In this document: one piece after another, positions 29,399 to 36,691 of the stretch | Layout: the number at the start of each line of letters is the position of its first letter | How positions within the stretch are numbered: position 1 is the first letter of the stretch | Sequence record: DRR723986_6735 | DNA: 41,378 nt | Direction: 5' to 3' (one strand) | Translations under genes and position numbers: made by a program | Notes under the pieces: generated by a model | Told to the model about the DNA's origin: nothing | Database searches by the model: none | The model's input: only the letters and a program-made list of their open reading frames with translations

Positions 29399-29424
29399 GT
29401 TCCTATCTTGTTCTCATCTTGTTC
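29399..29424 (-). promoter_or_regulatory. Triple alphaproteobacterial LexA (SOS) repeat GTTC-N7-GTTC-N7-GTTC overlapping a putative promoter
   Basis: + strand GTTC-CTATCTT-GTTC-TCATCTT-GTTC; on the minus strand it overlaps TTGCGA-N17-TAGGAA upstream of the 29373 start. Confidence 0.85.
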
Positions 29425-29438
29425 GCAAGAAGTTTTTA

Positions 29439-29454
29439 GTAAACAAAGGGTTAA
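29439..29454 (-). promoter_or_regulatory. CtrA-like box (TTAA-N7-TTTAC)
   Basis: Minus strand TTAA-CCCTTTG-TTTAC, one mismatch to TTAA-N7-TTAAC. Confidence 0.4.
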
Positions 29455-29470
29455 CGACGCGCCTGTGGAA

Positions 29471-29806
29471 TTACTTCACGACAGTGAAGCGTTTGCGGTC
29501 GAAGACCCGCAATACCTGCTGCAGGTCGCGGCCCCGGCGCAGAACCTGGCCTGCCTGTCCGTACACGACATACTGGCCCTGCATGTTCGCCAGATGGGGC
29601 TGTTTCTCGATCCGCCAGGTCGGATTCTCGGCATGCCGGCGGAAGATGGCGAAGATAGCGTGGTCCTTGTGCATGCCGATCGCGTAGTCGCGGGCCTCGC
29701 CTGCCATGACCAAACGTCCGTAGACGTCGAGAATCGGTCTCATCTCGGTTTTGTGAAAAGCGATTCGCGGCTCGCTCTGGGCCCGACGGGAGGGAAATTC
29801 GCTCAT
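29471..29806 (-). CDS. DUF2794 domain protein
   Basis: F...E...IL.VYGR.V.AGE.RDYAI, A.F.IFRR..E.P..RIEK.P, G.VLRRG.DL..VL.VF. Confidence 0.9.
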   Translation of the reverse strand: MSEFPSRRAQSEPRIAFHKTEMRPILDVYGRLVMAGEARDYAIGMHKDHAIFAIFRRHAENPTWRIEKQPHLANMQGQYVVYGQAGQVLRRGRDLQQVLRVFDRKRFTVVK

Positions 29807-29927
29807 TTTCTCTGTTTATGACTCCCCTGTAATGCGAATTGAGGGCGGGAAAGCTCGCCTAAACGTCTTTTAATCCGAAATTCCACTGAAACAGCAGGAA
29901 TTGGGGCAATCTGGCCACCTTTCGGTC

Positions 29928-29956
29928 TTGCTTGCGCCCCCGCACACAGCCATCTT
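29928..29956 (+). promoter_or_regulatory. Putative sigma70 promoter for the candidate sRNA
   Basis: TTGCTT-N17-CATCTT; the predicted start (~29962) coincides with the 5' end of the long hairpin. Confidence 0.4.
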
Positions 29957-29961
29957 TGTCT

Positions 29962-30045
29962 TGTCGGACGGAGGTGAACATCACGCACCCCGGACCCATC
30001 AGCCCCCCCAGCCCCCTGGGGCGCTTGATAAACTTTCGTCCGACA
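29962..30045 (+). ncRNA. Candidate structured small RNA: long interrupted hairpin with C-rich apical loop
   Basis: 14-bp basal stem UGUCGGACGGAGGU/ACUUUCGUCCGACA (two G-U pairs), inner AUCA/UGAU and GC.CCCCGG/CUGGGG.GC stems, loop with tandem CAGCCCC. Confidence 0.55.
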
Positions 30046-30080
30046 CACTTCCTCAAAAATTGACTGCAAGCCGTCTCCGC

Positions 30081-30728
30081 TCAGTTGCGCGCGTCTGGCG
30101 CCTTTCCGCTATTGGGCCTTTTTGACCCGATGGCGTCAAGAAGGGGGCCAAGGATCTTGCCTGCCGTGCGTCCGGCGCCCGAAGCCTGGGCGAGGCGGCG
30201 GGAGATATATTCGTCCAGGTCTTCCTCGGAAGGGTTGTCCAGCCAGTACAGCACGATCGGCGGCAGGATGGCGATCAGCAGCCCCCGCTTGGAATAGCGG
30301 TTGTAATCCTCTGCCGTGTCGCCTGCGGCCTCCCAGATAAAATCGGCCACGTCCCAGCCGCGCTGCAGCGCCGGCCCGGCATTCCACGGCACCATGCCGC
30401 GCGAAACCGCCCGGCGGACGGCTTCCCGGTTCGGCTCCAGCGCTTTCAGCCAGGCGAGCACGCCGGCCTTCACCTTGTCGGGAATGCGCATGGCGGAGAG
30501 GTCTTGTGCGGCAAGATCGGCCTTTGCCGCCTCCCCTGCGTCTTCGAAAAACCCGTCGATCAGGTCAATCACGCCGCGCGGGGCCGCAAGGGCCTGTTCA
30601 CCATCGCCAAGCCCGGCCTGCTTGGCAGCTCGGGCCGCAGCGGCCTCCGTCCAGCCGTCAAAAGCGACCTCTGGCAGGAGCGCATCCAGCCAGCGGCGGC
30701 GAAGTTTTTGGGAAGGTGTGACAGTCAT
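30081..30728 (-). CDS. COQ9 family protein (rpsU-divergent, ubiquinone biosynthesis-related)
   Basis: V.FDGWT, AD.IW..AGD...DYN.YSKR..L motif; divergent from rpsU. Confidence 0.92.
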   Translation of the reverse strand: MTVTPSQKLRRRWLDALLPEVAFDGWTEAAAARAAKQAGLGDGEQALAAPRGVIDLIDGFFEDAGEAAKADLAAQDLSAMRIPDKVKAGVLAWLKALEPNREAVRRAVSRGMVPWNAGPALQRGWDVADFIWEAAGDTAEDYNRYSKRGLLIAILPPIVLYWLDNPSEEDLDEYISRRLAQASGAGRTAGKILGPLLDAIGSKRPNSGKAPDARN

Positions 30729-30754
30729 GACTGAACTCCATGGCAAAGGGGGGC

Positions 30755-30784
30755 TTGGCCAAATCCCTTTTCACGTGATATAGC
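30755..30784 (+). promoter_or_regulatory. Putative sigma70 promoter of rpsU with GC-rich discriminator
   Basis: TTGGCC-N18-TATAGC followed by GCCCGC. Confidence 0.45.
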
Positions 30785-30856
30785 GCCCGCTTTCCGGCCT
30801 GTCTGGCCGACACAAGGTCACAATCGGGGCGACGCCCCCAGCCAATGGAGAGTACC

Positions 30857-31066
30857 ATCGTACAGATCGTCGTCCGCGATAACAATGTTGAGCAAGCCCT
30901 GCGCGCTCTGAAGAAGAAGATGCAGCGTGAAGGCCTGTTCCGCGAAATGAAGGCGCGCCAGCATTTCGAGAAGCCGTCCGAGAAAAAAGCACGTCAGCGC
31001 GCAGAGGCCGTCCGCCGCGCCCGCAAACTGGCCCGCAAGCGCGCCCAGCGCGAAGGCATCATCTAG
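30857..31066 (+). CDS. rpsU: 30S ribosomal protein S21 (start ambiguous: ATC 30857 favoured, ATG 30845 alternative)
   Basis: [30 protein letters not shown]...[14 protein letters not shown] lies 6 nt before ATC 30857. Confidence 0.96.
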   Translation: MVQIVVRDNNVEQALRALKKKMQREGLFREMKARQHFEKPSEKKARQRAEAVRRARKLARKRAQREGII

Positions 31067-31090
31067 GACGCCGCTTATCGCAAGATAATC

Positions 31091-31125
31091 AAAACCCCGT
31101 CAGAGCGATCTGGCGGGGTTTTTGT
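31091..31125. terminator. Bidirectional rho-independent terminator between rpsU and the ABC permease gene
   Basis: AAAACCCCGTCAGA-GCGA-TCTGGCGGGGTTTTTGT stem-loop with A and T tracts on the two sides. Confidence 0.88.
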
Positions 31126-32508
31126 TTAAGCCGCCTTCTTCCCCAGTACACCCTTCAGCATCTTTCCGAGGTCGCCAATGCTGGCACCGTTGACGGCTCC
31201 GGCGCGGTAGACGCGGACGGAGATCCAGAGCACGGCCAGCGTCGTCACCACCATCAGGCCCATCTGCAGGGCGACCTCCCACATCGGCGGGTCATGCGGC
31301 ATGCGCAGGATCAGCAGGAAGGGTGTAAACACCGGGATCCAGGTGGCAAAGTCCACCACGGGTGAGCCCGGGTCCTGGAACGCGATGAAGATCGCGAACA
31401 TGGGCAGCATGAGCAGGATCATCATCGGGCTGAGCAGCGTCTGCGCCTCCTGGATCGTGTCGCAGAGCGAGCCAAGCGCCATGAAGATCATGCCGTACAT
31501 GATGTAGCCGAGCACGAAGCTGACCAGCGCCGGGATCAGGATCTGCGGGCTGCCCGCCGCCGCCAGAAATGGCGTAATCATGCTCCCCGCCCCCGGCACC
31601 TGCGTTGCGAGGAAGGCCGAGCCTGACAGCGCAAAGAGGCCCCAGACCAGCATCATGGTGGACGTCACCGCGAACACGGCCAGCAGCTTGCCCGCCAGCA
31701 ATTCCGGCATGCGCACAGACGTCAGCAGCGTGTCGAAGATCTTGTTGGAGCGCTCCTCGATCGTGCCCATCAGCAGGTACTGGATGATCGAGAACACCAT
31801 CAGCCACAGGAAATAGGCGAGCGCCCCGGCAACGAAGACCGGTGCCCGGTCTGCCAGCGTCACTTCCGAGCCAGCGGATTCCTGTTCGGTCACGCTGCGG
31901 ATGCGCCGGGCGGGCACCTGAACGGCGCCGTCGTCCGCCTGCTGGATGAAGTCAGGATCCAGGCCTGCCGCCTCCAGCGCATGCTTGCGGGCCAGGCGGC
32001 GCACAGCATCTTCCGCCTCATAGCGCAGCGTGTTGATATTGACGTCATCGCTCCAGTATTCGAGCGTTTGGCCGTCATTCGACAGGATGAAGGCGGCGAA
32101 GAGCGGCTTGTCGCCCAACGGACCCGAGACGAGCTGTTGACCCAGCAGGTAGGGGCGCAGGCCATCGATATCCTGCGCGGGCGGTGAAACCTCTATGAAT
32201 TTCCGTTCCCGGAGGGTCTGCATAGCGCCATTGTTCATGGCCCCATCGGGCAATTGCATCTGGTCTGCCAGGTCCTGCGCCATCGCCGCGGCTTCGTTCC
32301 GGGCAAACTCTGCATCGATCGCCTCGGCATAGAGCTGGCCGGGCTCGATTACCGTGTAATAGCGCACGGGCGAAGACTGCGCCGCAAACATCGCAAACAG
32401 CGAACCGATCAGCATCAGCGCGGGCACGGCGGCAAGGCTCAGCCAGAAGCCCCAGGCTTTCACATAACCGAGATAGTCCCTGCGGAAGACGAGATAGATG
32501 TTCCTCAT
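31126..32508 (-). CDS. ABC-2 type transporter permease (NatB/YhaP-like)
   Basis: N-terminal TM, large periplasmic loop, IEERSNKI.D.LLTSV, L.AGKL, IP..TPF. Confidence 0.9.
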   Translation of the reverse strand: MRNIYLVFRRDYLGYVKAWGFWLSLAAVPALMLIGSLFAMFAAQSSPVRYYTVIEPGQLYAEAIDAEFARNEAAAMAQDLADQMQLPDGAMNNGAMQTLRERKFIEVSPPAQDIDGLRPYLLGQQLVSGPLGDKPLFAAFILSNDGQTLEYWSDDVNINTLRYEAEDAVRRLARKHALEAAGLDPDFIQQADDGAVQVPARRIRSVTEQESAGSEVTLADRAPVFVAGALAYFLWLMVFSIIQYLLMGTIEERSNKIFDTLLTSVRMPELLAGKLLAVFAVTSTMMLVWGLFALSGSAFLATQVPGAGSMITPFLAAAGSPQILIPALVSFVLGYIMYGMIFMALGSLCDTIQEAQTLLSPMMILLMLPMFAIFIAFQDPGSPVVDFATWIPVFTPFLLILRMPHDPPMWEVALQMGLMVVTTLAVLWISVRVYRAGAVNGASIGDLGKMLKGVLGKKAA

Positions 32509-33482
32509 CAGGCCAGCTCCCCCTCCTCTAGCGCCGCTGGCGGATCATCCAGCGCCGCCGCTTCCGCCTCCCCCACAAGGGCGACGAACACATCCCGCAG
32601 GCGGGACTCGTCCGGCGCAAAGCCGGTAATAGGCGCGCCAGCCTCGATGGCGGCGCGCAGCGCGTCCTGCGGACCGGCGCCCTTTGGCAGGGCGATCCGC
32701 CAGGCATCGCCATGGCCCCGGTCTGCCGCGCGCTGGGCTTCGAAGCCTTTCGGTGCCAATGCCGCGCCAAGGTCGAACCCTTCCTCGACTTCAAGGCTCG
32801 CGCCCTTCTCCAGCGTGGCGAAGGCTTCTGGCAGCGTACCGTCGAACACTTTCCGTCCGCGCGCCATCATCACGATCCGGTCGCACAGGCGCTCGGCATG
32901 CTCCATGACATGTGTAGAGAACAGGATCGTCGCCCCCCGCGCATGTTCGGCGCGGATCAGGTCTTCCAGCACCTGCTGGTTCACCGGATCCAGACCTGAA
33001 AACGGCTCGTCAAGGATCAGGAAGTCCGGCCGGTGGGCGAGCGTCGAGAGGATCTGCACCTTCTGCGCCATGCCCTTGGAAAGCTTGGAGACCCGCGTAT
33101 TGCGGAACTCGCCCAGCCCGGTCGAGTCCATCAACTCGTCCGCACGGGCCTTTGCCGCCCCAGAGCTCAGACCTTTCAGGCGGGCGAAATAGGCGATTGT
33201 CTCCCGGGCGGTCATTTTCTTGTAGAGGCCGCGCTCCTCCGGCAGGAAACCAACGCGGCGAAGGGAGAGAATGTGCGGCACGTCGCCGAACAGGCGCACG
33301 TCGCCCTCATCCGGCGGGATCACGCCCAGAGAAACACGCAGGCTGGTCGACTTGCCGGCCCCGTTTGGCCCCAGAAACCCGATGATTTGCCCTTCCGACA
33401 CTTCCAGTGACAGGTCCCGGACCGCCGTGAAGTTACCGAAACGCTTGGTCACATCCGTGAGGATGAGGGGGGACTGGGCCAT
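32508..33482 (-). CDS. ABC transporter ATP-binding protein (NatA/YhaQ-like)
   Basis: Walker A GPNGAGKS, GFLPEERGLY, signature LSKGM, ILDEPFSGLDP, STH. Confidence 0.95.
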   Translation of the reverse strand: MAQSPLILTDVTKRFGNFTAVRDLSLEVSEGQIIGFLGPNGAGKSTSLRVSLGVIPPDEGDVRLFGDVPHILSLRRVGFLPEERGLYKKMTARETIAYFARLKGLSSGAAKARADELMDSTGLGEFRNTRVSKLSKGMAQKVQILSTLAHRPDFLILDEPFSGLDPVNQQVLEDLIRAEHARGATILFSTHVMEHAERLCDRIVMMARGRKVFDGTLPEAFATLEKGASLEVEEGFDLGAALAPKGFEAQRAADRGHGDAWRIALPKGAGPQDALRAAIEAGAPITGFAPDESRLRDVFVALVGEAEAAALDDPPAALEEGELA

Positions 33483-33599
33483 CCGTATCTCCGAATCCGT
33501 CTGAAAATCGCTCGCTTTTCACGAGAGTCGATATGGCTGCCTACTCTTTGGCCCGGCGCGTCTTGCCAACCCCTTAAAGCCGTCGCAGCATGATTTCCG

Positions 33600-33857
33600 A
33601 TGAAGACGGATGTGATCCCTCCTGCACCGTCAAGCCTTGGGCTGGCGGCAGAAGAGTGCGAGCAGGCTGCGCGCACCAGACTGCAGTCTTATGCCCAGAA
33701 ACTCGCAAGGATCGAAGCCGCCCTCTCGCGGATGGAAAGGGGCTGCTACGGCTTCTGCCTGACATGTGAGGGTCGCATAGGGTTGCCCCGCCTCGAAGCC
33801 GACCCGGCCGAGGCGATGTGCGAAACCTGCGATGTGAATAAGGGCTGCGTCAGATAA
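33600..33857 (+). CDS. Short TraR/DksA C4-type zinc finger protein
   Basis: LARIEAAL.R...G.YG.C..C...I...RL.A.P....C..C. Confidence 0.75.
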   Translation: MKTDVIPPAPSSLGLAAEECEQAARTRLQSYAQKLARIEAALSRMERGCYGFCLTCEGRIGLPRLEADPAEAMCETCDVNKGCVR

Positions 33858-34152
33858 AGACGCCGAACAGCCAGATCATGAACTGAACGAACAGGCCGGT
33901 GAGCAGCAGGATCACCAGCGTCGCATACCAGCGGCCGCCGAGGTTCAGCACAATGCCGGACCCGATCCCCACAAGCGTCATCAGGCCCAGGGAAACAGCC
34001 CAGTGAATGCCAATGGCCACAGCCAGAACGGCATGGCCGAGCATCAGCGTCAGAATCAGGCTGCCCCAAGTGGTTCCCTTGATGAATCCGTCCCAGGTGG
34101 CTTGCTGGTCGTGGATGTCCATTTCGCCGTGGTGGTATTCGCTGGCAGCCAT
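33850..34152 (-). CDS. aa3-type cytochrome c oxidase subunit IV (CtaH-like) with extra TM helices
   Basis: H.HGEMDI..Q.AT..GF N-terminal signature; GGAGAG RBS. Confidence 0.85.
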   Translation of the reverse strand: MAASEYHHGEMDIHDQQATWDGFIKGTTWGSLILTLMLGHAVLAVAIGIHWAVSLGLMTLVGIGSGIVLNLGGRWYATLVILLLTGLFVQFMIWLFGVFI

Positions 34153-34265
34153 TTAGGGCTCTCCCCGTGAAATCATTGCTGCCTGCCGTATTATCGAAGG
34201 CAGCCGAAGGGTCAAGCGGATGATAGCGCCCGTATTGCCGCAGATGGCAGCCAGTGCTGGCTTTG

Positions 34266-34706
34266 TCAGTTCAGCTGGCCCTTTGGCTTCGGCACAGGCG
34301 GTGTGAAAGGCTCCGGCAGGGGCGCGGCCGGCACCCCCTCTTCTTTCAGGGCTTCGCGCTCTTCCGCGGTCGTCTCGCCCCAGATCGGACGCTCTTCTTG
34401 TTCGCCATAGAACATGGAGCGCGCCTCCTCGGCGAAATCGCCGCCAACATAATCGAAATTCTCCGCCACATGCTGGCGGGCTTTTTCGGCGAATGCAGCG
34501 AACATCTTCTCCGGATCGGCGGAAGCCTCTGTTTTCTTCGGGGATTTCACTGCTGGCGCCATGATCTGCTTTTCCACACGCGAGGAATTGCATGCAGAAC
34601 AGCGCACCTGGCGCTTTTCCTTCAGCGTTTCATAGGCAGAAGACGAAGCGAACCAGACTTCGAAATCCTCGTCACAGGCCTTGCAATGGAGCGCATAGCG
34701 GATCAC
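34266..34706 (-). CDS. DUF1178 family protein (zinc ribbon)
   Basis: MIRY.L.C, FE.WF.SS..Y, C..C.S..V.KQIMAP.V, NFDYVG..FAEEAR...YGE..R.I.GE. Confidence 0.92.
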   Translation of the reverse strand: MIRYALHCKACDEDFEVWFASSSAYETLKEKRQVRCSACNSSRVEKQIMAPAVKSPKKTEASADPEKMFAAFAEKARQHVAENFDYVGGDFAEEARSMFYGEQEERPIWGETTAEEREALKEEGVPAAPLPEPFTPPVPKPKGQLN

Positions 34707-34723
34707 TGGTCAGCCCTCTCCGT

Positions 34724-34984
34724 TCACGGCGACGCAAGCATCGGGTCGAGCTTGCCGGCCCGTTCGAGCGCCATCATGTCGTCGCAGCCGCCGATGTGAT
34801 GCTCACCGACAAAAATCTGCGGGAAGGTCCGTCCGCCATTCGAGCGCTGGATCATCTCGGCCTTCTTGTCCGGGCTCATGCCGGCATCGATCTCTTCGAA
34901 CTCGACCTGCTTCTCTCGCAGCAGCGACACCGCGCGCGAGCAGTAGGGACAGAAGGCCCGGGTATAGATCGTGACTTTCGCCAT
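34724..34984 (-). CDS. grxC: Glutaredoxin 3
   Basis: CPYC active site, TFPQIF, IGGCDD; AAGGAG RBS. Confidence 0.96.
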   Translation of the reverse strand: MAKVTIYTRAFCPYCSRAVSLLREKQVEFEEIDAGMSPDKKAEMIQRSNGGRTFPQIFVGEHHIGGCDDMMALERAGKLDPMLASP

Positions 34985-35013
34985 AAATTCGCTCCTTGGA
35001 ACCGTTACAGGAA

Positions 35014-35784
35014 TTATATGGTGATGTCGGTTTCCCGTACAACGCGCGCCAGCACCAGGACGTCCACATGCCGCGCCCCTGCCCGTTTCAGGGCACGCGT
35101 GCAGGCACTGAGTGTCGCCCCGGTGGTCAGCACATCGTCGATAAGCAGGACGCGTTTACCCTCGACATGCCCGGCGCGGCTGGGTCGTAGCTCAAAGGCG
35201 CCGGTCACATTGCGACGCCGCGCCCTGGCGGAAAGCCCGCCCTGGGTCGGTGTGCGGCGAGTCCACTTCAGCGCATCGACCGAGACCGGCACGCCCGTCC
35301 GTTGCGACAACGCCTCGGCAAGCCAGGCCGATTGGTTGAAACCGCGGCTGGCGAGCCGGGCATAATGCAGCGGCACCGGAACGATCACATCGGCTTCATC
35401 CAGCAGAGCGCGGCCCGCCCGCGTCATCCAGCTGGAAAACGTGCCGAGCCCGTCGCGACGGCCGGAGCGCTTGAGGTCCAGGATCAGCCGCCGGGAGGCA
35501 GGCTCGTAGACAAACCCAGCACGGGCGCGGTCCCAGCGCGGCGGCCGGGCAATGCAGGCAGCGCAGGTCGCCCCTTCATCCAGTGCAGCGCCAAGCGGCG
35601 TGCCGCAACGGTCACACACGGCGCCGCTCAGGAAGTGAATCTGACCGAATTCATGCGGGGCGAGCAGCCCCTTGCCGAGGCCGCGCTCGCGGCTGACGAG
35701 CGACCATGGAGGCCAGAGGAAATCCGCGGCAATCCGCAGAAAGGCCTTTGAACGGCTCCGCTGCTGCTCCATATCGCGTGCCAT
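35014..35784 (-). CDS. comF: ComF family protein (zinc ribbon plus phosphoribosyltransferase domain)
   Basis: C..CG.P and C..C; VPVPLH..RL..RGFNQS; R..NV.GAF; LLIDDVLTTGAT; start uncertain (ATG 35784 or 35772). Confidence 0.92.
   Translation of the reverse strand: MARDMEQQRSRSKAFLRIAADFLWPPWSLVSRERGLGKGLLAPHEFGQIHFLSGAVCDRCGTPLGAALDEGATCAACIARPPRWDRARAGFVYEPASRRLILDLKRSGRRDGLGTFSSWMTRAGRALLDEADVIVPVPLHYARLASRGFNQSAWLAEALSQRTGVPVSVDALKWTRRTPTQGGLSARARRRNVTGAFELRPSRAGHVEGKRVLLIDDVLTTGATLSACTRALKRAGARHVDVLVLARVVRETDITI
35016..35043 (-). promoter_or_regulatory. Putative RpoH (sigma32)-type promoter of grxC, within the comF 3' end
   Basis: Minus strand GTTG...CCATAT resembles the alphaproteobacterial CTTG...C(C/T)ATAT consensus. 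Confidence 0.4.
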
Positions 35785-36685
35785 GACGCCCGCTGCTCCC
35801 CCGCACCTTTTCGACCGTGCCCGAGTTGCGCGCAATCGCGACCGGGCCGCCGCCTGCTATGATGACCATGCGTTCCTGAAGGAGCGTGTGTCGAGAGACA
35901 TTGCGGACCGTGTTCAGGATACGCCGCGCAGTTTCGAGCGCGCGCTGGACCTTGGCTGCCACGACGGGCGGCTGGCGCGGATTCTTGGCGAAACCGGCCG
36001 GGTTGGCGCCGTTGAGGCGAGCGACCTGTCCCCTGCAATGGTGGAGATTGCCCGCGCAGCCGGTACCCCTGCCGGCGTGAGGGATGAAGAAACGCCGGAC
36101 CTTGCAGACGGCAATTTCGACCTCATCGTCTCGGCCCTCTCCCTTCACTGGGTGAATGACCTGCCCGGCACCCTGGTGCGCCTGCGTCAGGGGCTGAAGC
36201 CGGACGGCCTGTTCCTTGGTGCCCTGTTCGGTGCGGGCACGCTCGTAGAACTTCGCGAATGCCTGATGGAAGCGGAAACGGACCTGACCGGCGGCGTCTC
36301 CCCGCGCCTCTCTCCCCTGCCGGGCCTCAAAGACATGGCGGGCCTGATGCAGCGGGCGGGTTTCGCCTTGCCTGTGGCTGACCGGGACACGGTGGTGGTG
36401 CGTTACCGCGATCCGGCGCGATTACTGGCTGACCTGAAGGGGATGGGAGAACAGAGCGCGCTGGCACCCGGAATGATCCGGCCGCTGCCGCGCGCCGTGC
36501 TGGACCAGGCGCTCAGCCTCTACCGGGAACGCCACGCCGATCAGGATGGCCGGGTGCGGGCGAGCTTCGAGATCGTACATGTCTCAGGTTGGGCGCCTGC
36601 CCCGGGACAGCCAAAGCCCCTGAAGCCCGGTTCTGCAAGGGCAAGCCTCGCCGACGCGGTGCGCCGGCAAAGCGAAGGCGAATAG
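35783..36685 (+). CDS. SAM-dependent methyltransferase (NDUFAF5/BioC-like)
   Basis: P.LFDR, LDLGCH.G, DEE, SALSLHWVNDLPG, TL.ELR, LMQRAGFALPV.D, DLKGMGE, SGWAP...QPKPLKPGSA. Confidence 0.9.
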   Translation: MTPAAPPHLFDRARVARNRDRAAACYDDHAFLKERVSRDIADRVQDTPRSFERALDLGCHDGRLARILGETGRVGAVEASDLSPAMVEIARAAGTPAGVRDEETPDLADGNFDLIVSALSLHWVNDLPGTLVRLRQGLKPDGLFLGALFGAGTLVELRECLMEAETDLTGGVSPRLSPLPGLKDMAGLMQRAGFALPVADRDTVVVRYRDPARLLADLKGMGEQSALAPGMIRPLPRAVLDQALSLYRERHADQDGRVRASFEIVHVSGWAPAPGQPKPLKPGSARASLADAVRRQSEGE

Positions 36686-36691
36686 GACGGA

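Noticed and set aside
29365..29424. Short GTTC-containing repeats as a CRISPR or tandem-repeat array
   Set aside because: The units are 4-11 bp with no unique spacers; the 11-bp period fits LexA boxes, and the ATGTTC repeats are Met-Asn codons on the minus strand
29803..30125. Small ORFs (65-88 aa) in the DUF2794-COQ9 gap
   Set aside because: No RBS or recognisable motifs, and atypical composition; the region is better explained by promoters and the RNA hairpin, though a small peptide cannot be excluded
30748..30758. GGGGGGCTT (also near 1415-1422) as an in-window target of the candidate sRNA loop
   Set aside because: Both sites lie immediately 5' of -35-like TTG elements and are probably not transcribed; the match is too short to be meaningful
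35672..35835. Extended starts for the methyltransferase (35672) and ComF (35835), giving a 164-bp overlap
   Set aside because: The extensions are low-complexity antisense read-through; conserved motifs start after about 35783
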